From: Haloferax volcanii DS2
GTDB lineage: Archaea; Halobacteriota; Halobacteria; Halobacteriales; Haloferacaceae
DNA: 32,000 nt
Direction of reading: 5' to 3'
Assembly: GCF_000025685.1 (NCBI RefSeq)
Contig: NC_013964.1
Location: forward strand, 360,001-392,000
Shown here: piece after piece, positions 9,465 through 17,473 of the stretch
How positions within the stretch are numbered: position 1 is the stretch's first letter
Layout of the letters: each line of letters starts with the position of its first letter
Program-made: the position numbers and the translations under genes
The notes under the pieces: model-generated
Database searches by the model: none
Told to the model about the DNA's origin: nothing
Seen by the model: the letters and a program-made list of their open reading frames with translations, nothing else

Positions 9465-9538
9465 GTTCAGGATAGTCGAACAGCTGGTCGACCCCGCGGC
9501 GCAGGGTGGCCCGGCGGGCGCGGCGTCGTCGGGCGCGT

Positions 9539-10645
9539 TCACCCCTCGACTTCGACCCAGCCGCCGCGCTCGCCGGACTCGTAGGCCGCATCGAGGACGC
9601 GAAGCAGCTGCACGGCGTCGTCGGCCGTCGCGGGCACGTCGCCGGTCTCGTAGCCCGCGAAGTAGTCCTCGAAGTAGTCCTGCACGAAGTCGCCCCACGC
9701 CGGGAACCGGTCGTAGGTGAACTCGAACTCGACGGTCCGCTTGGGCGCGGCGGTCCAGTCGGGGTGTTCCGAGGTGATGTCGAGCGGGACCGTGGGTTCG
9801 TGCTGCAGCGAGTCGTGGTGCAGCGGCGTCAGCGCCTGCCCCTCGGTGCCGTAGAGCCCGAGGTGCGTGTCCTTGCCGCGGTCGCTCAGGTAGTAGCCGG
9901 TGTGGTACGTCCCGAGCGTCCCGCTTTCGGTCTCGAACTGGAGGACTGCTCCGGCTTCCACGTCAGCCTCGACCGCGTCGTGGAACCGGGCGTTCACCCG
10001 CGCGATGGGGTCGTCGAGAATCCACGGCATCACGTCGACCCAGTGCGGGCCAATCCACTGGAGCGCGCCGCCGCGACTCGTCTCCCTGTCGTAGAGGTAG
10101 TGGTCGGTGTCCCGGTAGGAGAGCTGGCTGGCGTTGAAGCGGCCGTCGAGCGTCCACACGTCGCCGAAGAAGCCCTCCGAAACTCGGTCGCGGAGCGCCA
10201 TCGCGACGGGGTTGCGCCGGTAGTACATCGTCGGCGAGACGGTCACGCCGAGCTCGTTGGCCCGCTCGGCGATGTCTTCGAGGTCGGCGGCGGTCCGAGC
10301 GATGGGTTTCTCGCTGACGACGTGAACGCCGTTCTCGACGGCGCTCTCGATGATTTCCGGCGTCTCGTCGCTCCGGTAGGTTATCCACGCCACGTCGACG
10401 TCGGCGTCGGAGACGAGTTCGTGTGGGTCCTCGTAGACCGCCGCGCCGCCGACGAGGTCCGCCATGTCCTGTCCCTCGGTCGTGATTTCGTCGGGCCGGT
10501 CGTCCATCGCCGCGATGTTCTCCACGTCGACCCGCCGGCCGGGCTCGCAGACCGCGGTAATCGTCGCGTCCAACTCGCTCGCGACCGCGAAGTAGGGGTC
10601 CCGGTGGTGGTGGTCGATACCGATGTATCCGATATTTGTACCCAT
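9539..10645 (-). CDS. Gfo/Idh/MocA-family oxidoreductase (paralog 1)
   Basis: 368 aa. N-terminal Rossmann-like IGYIGIDHHH and the family-typical ENGVHVVSEKPIA (EKP motif). TATA-like box 22-31 nt upstream of the ATG. Confidence 0.8.
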   Translation of the reverse strand: MGTNIGYIGIDHHHRDPYFAVASELDATITAVCEPGRRVDVENIAAMDDRPDEITTEGQDMADLVGGAAVYEDPHELVSDADVDVAWITYRSDETPEIIESAVENGVHVVSEKPIARTAADLEDIAERANELGVTVSPTMYYRRNPVAMALRDRVSEGFFGDVWTLDGRFNASQLSYRDTDHYLYDRETSRGGALQWIGPHWVDVMPWILDDPIARVNARFHDAVEADVEAGAVLQFETESGTLGTYHTGYYLSDRGKDTHLGLYGTEGQALTPLHHDSLQHEPTVPLDITSEHPDWTAAPKRTVEFEFTYDRFPAWGDFVQDYFEDYFAGYETGDVPATADDAVQLLRVLDAAYESGERGGWVEVEG

Positions 10646-10666
10646 ACACGTAGTTCACCGAAAGTG

Positions 10667-10676
10667 ATTTAAAAAT
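10667..10676 (-). promoter_or_regulatory. TATA-like box for Gfo paralog 1
   Basis: ATTTAAAAAT lies 22-31 nt upstream of ATG 10645 on the minus strand. Confidence 0.45.
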
Positions 10677-10744
10677 GTTCGGGTATAAGCAAGGTAATCG
10701 GCGGCGGACGGTGCGGTGGCAGACGGTGCGTCGGCCTCGTGCGG

Positions 10745-12844
10745 TTAGCGCTGCGGCGTCTCAACCCGACGAGACCACGACCGGAGCCACGGGCGAGTCC
10801 CGCCGTTGGGGACGTTCAGTTCGTGGCTGTTGACCGGGAGGTCCGGGTAGCCGCCGACCTGTTCCTGACTGTCGACGAGGTAGCTCTCCCCGCCTTCGAC
10901 GTTTTCGAGAATGCGTTCGTCGGTCGCCGTCCGGTCGGCCGGGCGCGCGCCGACGTTCGCGAGGTTGTGGTCGAACGTCCGGTCCGACGACATCGCCGCC
11001 AGTCCGTCGGGCCACAGCGGCCGTTCATCGACGACAGTCACGTTCTCGTCGACCATCGCCACGTCGCCGTCGGTGAGGTTGTCTTCGAGGTACGCCACGG
11101 CGGTGTCCACGTCGTCCTCGGTGAAGACGTTCGCCTTGTCCGAGTTGGGTCGGAGGTAGGCGTTGCCGACGATGCTCGCCTCGGTGTCGGGGTCAAGCCA
11201 GGTGCCGTCTTCGAAGTCGTACATCACGTTGTTGACGACGACGCTCTGGGTTCCCTCCTTGAGTCTGGGATGGCGGTCGGTATTGAACGCCCAGACGTTC
11301 CCCAGCATGGCGACGTTCTTCGCGTCGTTGCCGATGAGCGACCCGTAGCCGTGTTCGCCCTTCGGGTGGACCGAGTCGTCGAGCGCCTCGGCGACGAGGC
11401 AGTTCGAGACGGTCGTCTCCGCGGTCTCGTAGCCGACCGAGAGGCACTCGTCGACGCTCCACGAGGCGGAGACGTGGTCGATGACGTTGTTCGTCGTCTC
11501 GTCGGCCGTGTTGACCGTGTCGAGCGCCCAGTCCTCGGTCGCGTCCTCGATGCCCGCGTCGCCGAGTCGGACTCGAACGTGCTGGAGGACGCAGTCGCTC
11601 GCCCCGATATTCACGCGACCCTTGACCAGGGTGACGCCCGGCGAGGGCGCGGTCTGGCCCGCGATGTAGCACTTGTCGTACGGAATCGGGAGGTCGCGCA
11701 CGCCGAGGTCGATTGTTCCGCTGGTCTCGAAGACGACCAATCGCTCGCCGTCGATGGTGACCGCCTTTTCCAGTTGGCGGCGGGTCGGTTCGGTTATCAC
11801 GATGATCGGGGTGTCGTCGTCGAGCCACGGTGCGGCCTCGGCGAACCCGTCGCTCGGTCCGAAGTGGGACACGCTGTCCGGGCCGGGGTGGGCCGGAACC
11901 TTGCTGTTCGACGGGTTCGGGGTGTTGAACGTGGAAACCGAACCCCGAGCGGTGTCGCCGTCGGCCGTGTCCGCCACCGCGCGAACCTCGTAGTAGCGAC
12001 GCCGCGTCAGGTCGTCGGCGTCGACGCTGAACGCTCCCGACGAGGTGAGTTCCGTCGAATCCGTGGTCTTCCACGACTCGGTGGGTACCTCCCGGTACTC
12101 GAAGTAACACTCTGCGGAGTCGGCACCGCCGAGGTCGCCGAGGTCGCCGGTGAGCGTGGCGGACCCGGGGCCGATGTCGGTCACGTCGCCGGTCGAGACG
12201 AGCGGAACGCCCGTCGTGTTCTCCACGCTCCCCGCGACTTCGACGTCGCCGATATCGCGGTTCCGGTCGGGGTCGACCCCCGAGAGACTCTGGAACGTCG
12301 CCGTCGCGAGCGTCCCCGAGAGGTGGCTGGTGACTGCCAGTCCGACGTAGACGCTGTCGCCCAGCGAGATGTCGGCGGCGTCGAGCGTGTTAATCGACGT
12401 CCACGTCTCGCCGTCCGTGGAGTGGTAGGTCTCTATCGCGTCTCCGCTTCGCTTGAGACGGAGCCAGTCGGCCGGTGTGCCGCCGACGCTATCCGTCTCA
12501 GCGCCGTCTTCGGGCCGATACTGCATCGACGCCTCGCCGTTGGGCCGGCGACGGACCATGACGTTCTTCGAGTCGGGGTCGAGCGACTCGCGGACCATCG
12601 GGCCCGCCTTCGTCCAGCTTTCGACGTTGTCGATGCCGGTGTTCTGGACGGCGACGTCGAAATCGCCGCTCAGCTCCGTATAGTAGTAGTGAAACGCGTC
12701 GGCGGTGCCCCAGATGTCGTCGCCGCCGCCCTGCATCGAAATCACGGTCGCAGCCGCGGCGCTGCCACCGAAGAGGCCAGTCGTCGCCGCACCGATACTT
12801 CCTGCTCCGAGCACGCGGAGGAACGTCCGTCTGTCGGGTCTCAT
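10745..12844 (-). CDS. secreted pectate lyase (PL1-like) with N-terminal ConA/DUF1349-like and FN3-like modules, Tat signal
   Basis: 699 aa. Tat signal MRPDRRTFLRVLGAGSIGAATTGLFGGSAAAA with no lipobox Cys. aa ~35-189 have a DUF1349/ConA-like pattern (GGGDDIWGTADAFHYYY...WTKAGPMVRESL...WLRLKRSGD...VYVGLAVTSH). aa ~205-307 are a beta-sandwich-like module. The C-terminal half has PL1 right-handed beta-helix motifs: YIAGQTAPSPG, NVIDHVSASWSVDE, NTDRHPRLKEG...VVNNVMY. Confidence 0.85.
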   Translation of the reverse strand: MRPDRRTFLRVLGAGSIGAATTGLFGGSAAAATVISMQGGGDDIWGTADAFHYYYTELSGDFDVAVQNTGIDNVESWTKAGPMVRESLDPDSKNVMVRRRPNGEASMQYRPEDGAETDSVGGTPADWLRLKRSGDAIETYHSTDGETWTSINTLDAADISLGDSVYVGLAVTSHLSGTLATATFQSLSGVDPDRNRDIGDVEVAGSVENTTGVPLVSTGDVTDIGPGSATLTGDLGDLGGADSAECYFEYREVPTESWKTTDSTELTSSGAFSVDADDLTRRRYYEVRAVADTADGDTARGSVSTFNTPNPSNSKVPAHPGPDSVSHFGPSDGFAEAAPWLDDDTPIIVITEPTRRQLEKAVTIDGERLVVFETSGTIDLGVRDLPIPYDKCYIAGQTAPSPGVTLVKGRVNIGASDCVLQHVRVRLGDAGIEDATEDWALDTVNTADETTNNVIDHVSASWSVDECLSVGYETAETTVSNCLVAEALDDSVHPKGEHGYGSLIGNDAKNVAMLGNVWAFNTDRHPRLKEGTQSVVVNNVMYDFEDGTWLDPDTEASIVGNAYLRPNSDKANVFTEDDVDTAVAYLEDNLTDGDVAMVDENVTVVDERPLWPDGLAAMSSDRTFDHNLANVGARPADRTATDERILENVEGGESYLVDSQEQVGGYPDLPVNSHELNVPNGGTRPWLRSWSRRVETPQR

Positions 12845-12882
12845 GAGTGCATCACTCGAACAGACAACATATTCAACGATTG

Positions 12883-12888
12883 TTATAA
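12883..12888 (-). promoter_or_regulatory. TATA-like element upstream of the pectate lyase gene
   Basis: Palindromic TTATAA lies about 40 nt upstream of ATG 12844, inside a 375-nt AT-rich divergent intergenic region. Confidence 0.35.
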
Positions 12889-13219
12889 TTTATGGCAGCC
12901 TGGACGGAGGCCGACACAGCATATAAAGTCCGAGAGTGTCGAACGAATGACGCCGGCGCTGGTTCGAAATGACGAGATGAGACATGAGATATTACACCAA
13001 TATGTTTGTAACACATCGCCTATTCCTTATAAAATTCGGGATATTCGAATAGAGGCGTTCACTCACACACGTCCTCGATTACGCTCTGTCGGACATCGTC
13101 GTAATCGACGGTTCGCGGATGCAGGCGACGGTCAGGCGCGCGAATCGTTCCGGCGGAAACCGGAACCATGCAAAAGGTTATTACACTCCGACCAGCAGAT
13201 TGATGCAACGAGTCAGCAC

Positions 13220-14368
13220 ATGCAAGAGCTAGGTATCATCATGAACGGCGTGACCGGCCGGATGGGAACGAATCAGCATCTCATCCGCTCTATCGTCGCG
13301 CTGCGCGAGGAGGGCGGCGTGGAACTCCCCAGCGGGGAACGAGTCATGCCGGACCCGCTTCTCGTCGGCCGCAACGAACGCAAACTCCGCGAACTGAGCG
13401 AGGAACACGGTATCGACCGGTGGACCGTCGACCCCGACCTCGAGACGTGTCTCGACGGCGACGACGAGGTGTACTTCGACTCGCAGATAACCCCCCGCCG
13501 CCCGGACAGCGTCATGAAGGCCATCGACGCCGGAAAGCACGTCTACTGCGAGAAACCGCTGGCGAGCGACCTCAGCGCCGCGCTCGACGTGGCCGGGATG
13601 GCTGAAGAGAGCGACGTGAAACACGGTATCGTCCAAGACAAACTCTGGCTCCCGGGGCTGTTGAAGCTCCAGCGACTCATCGAACAGGACTTCTTCGGCG
13701 ACATCCTCTCGGTGCGCGTCGAGTTCGGCTACTGGGTGTTCACCGGCCACGGCCAGGAGGCACAGCGCCCCTCGTGGAACTACCGCGCCGAGGACGGCGG
13801 CGGTATCGTCGACGACATGTTCTCCCATTGGAGCTACGTGCTGGAGAACCTCTTCGGCGAGGTGGAGTCCGTCCGCTGTCTCCAGAAGACCCACATCGAC
13901 GAGCGAATCGACGAGGACGGCGAGCCCTACGAGGCGACCGCCGACGACGCCGCCTACGCCATCATGGAGTTGGAAGACGACATCGTCGCCCAACTCAACT
14001 CCTCGTGGACCGTCCGCGTCAACCGCGACGACCTCCTCGAAATCCAGGTCGACGGGACCGAGGGAAGCGCGGTCGCCGGCCTGCGCGACTGCAAGACGCA
14101 GGGCCACGCGAACACGCCGAAACCGGAGTGGAACCCCGACACGCCGAAGGAACACGACTTCTACGAGGACTGGACGGGCGTCCCGAACAACCGGGTGTTC
14201 GAGAACGCGTTCAAGCTCCAGTGGGAGAAGTTCGTCCGCCACGTCGTCGCCGACGAGCCGTTCCCGTGGGACTTCACCGCCGGGGCGCGTGGCGTCCAAC
14301 TCACCGAGGCGAGCTATCGGTCCTCCGAGGAGGGTCGCCGCGTCGTCCTCGACGACCTCAGCGTGTAG
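13220..14368 (+). CDS. Gfo/Idh/MocA-family oxidoreductase (paralog 2)
   Basis: This is only the 3' 383 codons of the 1209-aa track ORF; upstream of 13220 that frame is antisense to the lyase. ATG at 13220 (MQELGIIMNGVTGRMG), with ATG 13241 as an alternative. Contains GKHVYCEKPLA (EKP motif). 24 nt upstream of the LarA-like gene. Confidence 0.8.
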   Translation: MQELGIIMNGVTGRMGTNQHLIRSIVALREEGGVELPSGERVMPDPLLVGRNERKLRELSEEHGIDRWTVDPDLETCLDGDDEVYFDSQITPRRPDSVMKAIDAGKHVYCEKPLASDLSAALDVAGMAEESDVKHGIVQDKLWLPGLLKLQRLIEQDFFGDILSVRVEFGYWVFTGHGQEAQRPSWNYRAEDGGGIVDDMFSHWSYVLENLFGEVESVRCLQKTHIDERIDEDGEPYEATADDAAYAIMELEDDIVAQLNSSWTVRVNRDDLLEIQVDGTEGSAVAGLRDCKTQGHANTPKPEWNPDTPKEHDFYEDWTGVPNNRVFENAFKLQWEKFVRHVVADEPFPWDFTAGARGVQLTEASYRSSEEGRRVVLDDLSV

Positions 14369-14392
14369 AAAGGCCCCCCGACGAACAGTTTT

Positions 14393-15769
14393 ATGTCGAA
14401 CTCGGCCGTCGAGTTCCGCATGCACACAGATGGCGACGAGAACCCCGTAGACTGGCTCTCAGTCCCGGAAGACGTTATCCTCGAAGCGTGCGGTAACCCC
14501 TCGCTCCCCGAGTTAGGTATCATCGAACAAGTCTGGGAGACGAATCCCATTCCGGCGGCCGACGTTCCGGAGGCGGCCGCGAAGGCCGTCGCCGCGCTGT
14601 CGTTCGCGGCTGTTCCCGAGGGTGGCGAGGTCGCGCTCGGCGTCGGGAGCCGCGGTATCGCGAACATACCCGACATCGTCGCGGGCGTCGTCGACGCCGT
14701 CTCCGAGGCGGGCTACGAGCCGTTCGTCTTCCCCGCGATGGGGAGCCACGGCGGTGCGACCGGCGACGGACAGCGGGAGATGCTGAACGAACTCGGCATC
14801 ACCGAGGAGCGAATCGGCTGCGAGATTCGGTCCAGTATGGAGGTCGTGGAGGTCGGGCGCACGCCGGACCGCGACGTGCCCGTCGTCGCCGACGCCAACG
14901 CCGCGGGCGCGGACGCCATCATCCCCATCAACCGCGTCAAGCCCCACACAGACTTCGACGGCGAGGTCGAAAGCGGGCTGTCGAAGATGCTCGTCATCGG
15001 CATGGGCAAACAGCGCGGCGCGCAAATCGCCCACAAGTGGGCCGTCGACTGGTCGTTCCGACGGATGATTCCCGAGATAACCGAGCAACTGCTGGACTCG
15101 CTTCCCATCGTGGGCGGCGTCGCCATCGTGGAAGACCAGCACGACGACACCACGCTCATCGAGGGCGTCCCCCCGTCGGGCTTCCTCGACCGCGAGCGCG
15201 AACTGCTCGAAACCGCGTACGAACTGATGCCGAAGCTCCCGTTCGAGGAGCTCGATTTGGTCGTGTTCGACCGACAGGGCAAGGAGATTAGCGGGCAGGG
15301 GATGGACACGAACGTCATCGGCCGCCGGCCGTTTTCCATCAACGAGCCCGCGCCCGAGAAGCCGAACATCAAGCGCATCTACACCCACGGGCTGACCGAG
15401 AAGACCCACGGCAACGCGATGGGCGTCGGGTCGGCCGACGTGATTCACGAGGACATCGTCGCCGAGTTGGACGCGCAGACGACGCTCATCAACGCGCTCA
15501 CCGCGAGCACCATCCGCGGCGTGAAACTCCCGCCCGTCGTCGAGACCGACCGCGCGGGCGTGGTCGCCGCGCTGTCGACAATCGGCGTCGTCGAGCCCGA
15601 CACGGTCCGGGTCGTCCGCGCGGCCGACACCATGCATCTCCACCGGCTGTACGCCTCGCCGGCGCTCGTCGAGGAGGCCCGCGAGCGAGACGACCTGCGC
15701 GTGGTCGAAGATCCCACACCGATAGCGTTCGAGGACGGCCAGTTCGCCGCGCCGTCGCTCCGGGACTGA
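14393..15769 (+). CDS. LarA-like / DUF2088 (lactate-racemase N-terminal domain) family protein
   Basis: 458 aa. By eye the layout resembles LarA: VALGVGSRGIANI (cf. IVIISSDHTRP), FPAMGSHGGATG (cf. VATGFHRPST), and INRVKPHTDFDGEVESGLSKMLVIGMGKQRG (cf. ISEGFIESHFFAGFSGGRKSVLPG). The call rests on remembered motif similarity only. Confidence 0.45.
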   Translation: MSNSAVEFRMHTDGDENPVDWLSVPEDVILEACGNPSLPELGIIEQVWETNPIPAADVPEAAAKAVAALSFAAVPEGGEVALGVGSRGIANIPDIVAGVVDAVSEAGYEPFVFPAMGSHGGATGDGQREMLNELGITEERIGCEIRSSMEVVEVGRTPDRDVPVVADANAAGADAIIPINRVKPHTDFDGEVESGLSKMLVIGMGKQRGAQIAHKWAVDWSFRRMIPEITEQLLDSLPIVGGVAIVEDQHDDTTLIEGVPPSGFLDRERELLETAYELMPKLPFEELDLVVFDRQGKEISGQGMDTNVIGRRPFSINEPAPEKPNIKRIYTHGLTEKTHGNAMGVGSADVIHEDIVAELDAQTTLINALTASTIRGVKLPPVVETDRAGVVAALSTIGVVEPDTVRVVRAADTMHLHRLYASPALVEEARERDDLRVVEDPTPIAFEDGQFAAPSLRD

Positions 15770-15771
15770 AG

Positions 15772-15800
15772 AACGCGAGCGCGTCTTTTTCGGAAAAACG
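15772..15800. terminator. candidate bidirectional oligo-T terminator between convergent genes
   Basis: The sequence acgcgagcgcgtcTTTTTcggAAAAAcg has T5 at 15786-15790 on the plus strand and T5 on the minus strand (A5 at 15794-15798), preceded by a GC-rich dyad. It lies between the LarA-like stop (15769) and the GH28 stop (15818). Confidence 0.5.
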
Positions 15801-15817
15801 AGTGCGTCAGGCGTCGC

Positions 15818-17383
15818 CTACCGCTCGACCGTTTCTGGCTGCACCGAGACGACGGCCTCGTCCATGTCGCCGTAGTTGCCGGCGAGGAGTACCGAGGACT
15901 CGCCGTCGCTCTCGCCGCGGACGCGGGCGAACGGCTCGCCGTCGTCGGGGGCGACGCAGCCGCCGATTCGGAGGTTCTCGACGCCGTCTGCCTCGACTGC
16001 CGGCCCCTCATCCGCCTCGGCCTCGAAACCGTCGAGGACGACGGTCGAACTCGCTTCCGCGGTCAGCGGGGTCCCGCTCCCGTCGGGGACCGTCACGCGA
16101 ACGTCTTTGAACGAGACGCGACCGAGCGACTTACAGAAGACGCCGTGTCGCTGGTCGTACCCCTTCGCCATCGCCGGCGAGAGGTCCGAGGCGTCGAACG
16201 GGCGGGTCGCGTCGATGTCCACGTCGGTAAAGGAGATTCCCTCGAACCGCTGTTCGGGGAGGCCGGCGAGGAACGCCGCCGACTCGACCTCCTCGGCGGT
16301 GATGTGGTGGAAGTCGACGTTTCGGACGTTCGGCGTCGCCTCGGTGACGGGCTTGGGGTCGCTGTCGATGTCCGTCTGGTAGTAGCCGTTGATGACGAAC
16401 GGGCAGGCGACGCGGCGCATGATGATGGTGTCGAACCGGAGGTCCTCGACCGTCCCGCCGCGGCCGCGCTTGGACTTGATGCGGATGCCGCGGTCGGTGT
16501 CGGTGAAGGTGCAGTTCGTGACGGTGACGTGCCGCACGTCGCCGGCAGTCTCGCTCCCGATGACGACGCCGCCGTGGCCGTGTTCGACCGTACAGTTGGT
16601 TACGACGACGTTCTCGGTCGGGCGTCCGACCTCGCGGCCCTGCTCGTCCTTGCCGGACTTCAGGCAGATGGCGTCGTCGCCGGCGTCGATGTGGGTGTCG
16701 CTGACCCTGACAAAGCGCGAGGAGTCGATGTCGATGCCGTCGCCGTTCGGGGCGTCCGGCGGGTTCTGAATCGAGACGTCGTGAATCGTCACGTCGTCGG
16801 AGTAGACCACGTGGGTGTTCCAGAACGGGGAATTCCGGAGCGTCACGCCGGAGACTGTCACGTTCTCACAGCCGTCTATCTGGAGCAGCGGCGGGCGAAC
16901 CGTGAACGTGCTCACCTCGTCCTGCTGGTTGCCGCTTCGAATCTCCTCGAGTCGCGCGGCGAGTTCGGAGGGGTACTGCTCGGGCGGTAACGACACGAAC
17001 ACCCACCAGTAGGAGCCGCCGCCGTCGATGACGCCCTCGCCGGTGATGGTGACGTTCGAGGCGTCGGCCACGTGGAGACACGGGTGGAAGCCGTCTTGGT
17101 CCCACCCCTCCCAGCGGCTCTCGACCGTCGGGAACTCGGTGAAGTCCTGGACGAACCGGAGTTCCGCCCCGTTTGCCAGTCTGAAGGTCGTGTCGTCGCC
17201 GACGCGGAGCGGGGCGCTGCGGTACGTCCCGGGCGGGAGATACACCTCGCCGCCCTCGCCGGCGCAGTCGTCGAGCGCCGCCTGAATCGCCGCCGTGTCG
17301 AGCGAATCGTCGTCTTCGATACCGTAGTCGCGCACGTTCCGCTGTTCGAGAGTCACGCCTGAAGCATCCGCGAGCGCGTTCAT
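15818..17383 (-). CDS. glycoside hydrolase family 28 (polygalacturonase, probably exo-acting), cytoplasmic
   Basis: GH28 motifs are present: NSPFWNTHV, PNGDGIDIDSS, AGDDAICLKSG, HGHGGVVIGSE, RGIRIKS. Start assigned to ATG 17383 (MNALADASGVT...) because the 28 upstream codons of the track ORF are proline-rich with poor GC3. No signal peptide. Confidence 0.9.
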   Translation of the reverse strand: MNALADASGVTLEQRNVRDYGIEDDDSLDTAAIQAALDDCAGEGGEVYLPPGTYRSAPLRVGDDTTFRLANGAELRFVQDFTEFPTVESRWEGWDQDGFHPCLHVADASNVTITGEGVIDGGGSYWWVFVSLPPEQYPSELAARLEEIRSGNQQDEVSTFTVRPPLLQIDGCENVTVSGVTLRNSPFWNTHVVYSDDVTIHDVSIQNPPDAPNGDGIDIDSSRFVRVSDTHIDAGDDAICLKSGKDEQGREVGRPTENVVVTNCTVEHGHGGVVIGSETAGDVRHVTVTNCTFTDTDRGIRIKSKRGRGGTVEDLRFDTIIMRRVACPFVINGYYQTDIDSDPKPVTEATPNVRNVDFHHITAEEVESAAFLAGLPEQRFEGISFTDVDIDATRPFDASDLSPAMAKGYDQRHGVFCKSLGRVSFKDVRVTVPDGSGTPLTAEASSTVVLDGFEAEADEGPAVEADGVENLRIGGCVAPDDGEPFARVRGESDGESSVLLAGNYGDMDEAVVSVQPETVER

Positions 17384-17473
17384 AAACGTTGTGCCGAGGT
17401 ACCACGACGCACCGAAATCGGCGACGAGAGGCGAGACGAGAGACGGAAGCGGGGGCGGAGAGAGCACGCCGAC

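Noticed and set aside
8578-12929. Identical 12-mer AGCATATAAAGT at 8578-8589 and 12918-12929 as evidence of a repeated element.
   Set aside because: Both lie in AT-rich promoter-like DNA, and the shared part is essentially a TATA box. The flanks do not extend the identity beyond a rearranged CGAGAG, so it is likely a convergent promoter sequence rather than a mobile or duplicated element.
10739-13219. The 5' 827 codons of the 1209-aa plus-strand track ORF (10739-14368).
   Set aside because: It runs antisense to the well-supported pectate lyase gene, and its product is Arg/Val/Asp/Gly-rich with no recognisable domain. It then crosses a 375-nt AT-rich intergenic region. Only the part from ATG 13220 shows Gfo/Idh/MocA motifs. 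This is a typical high-GC open-frame artefact.
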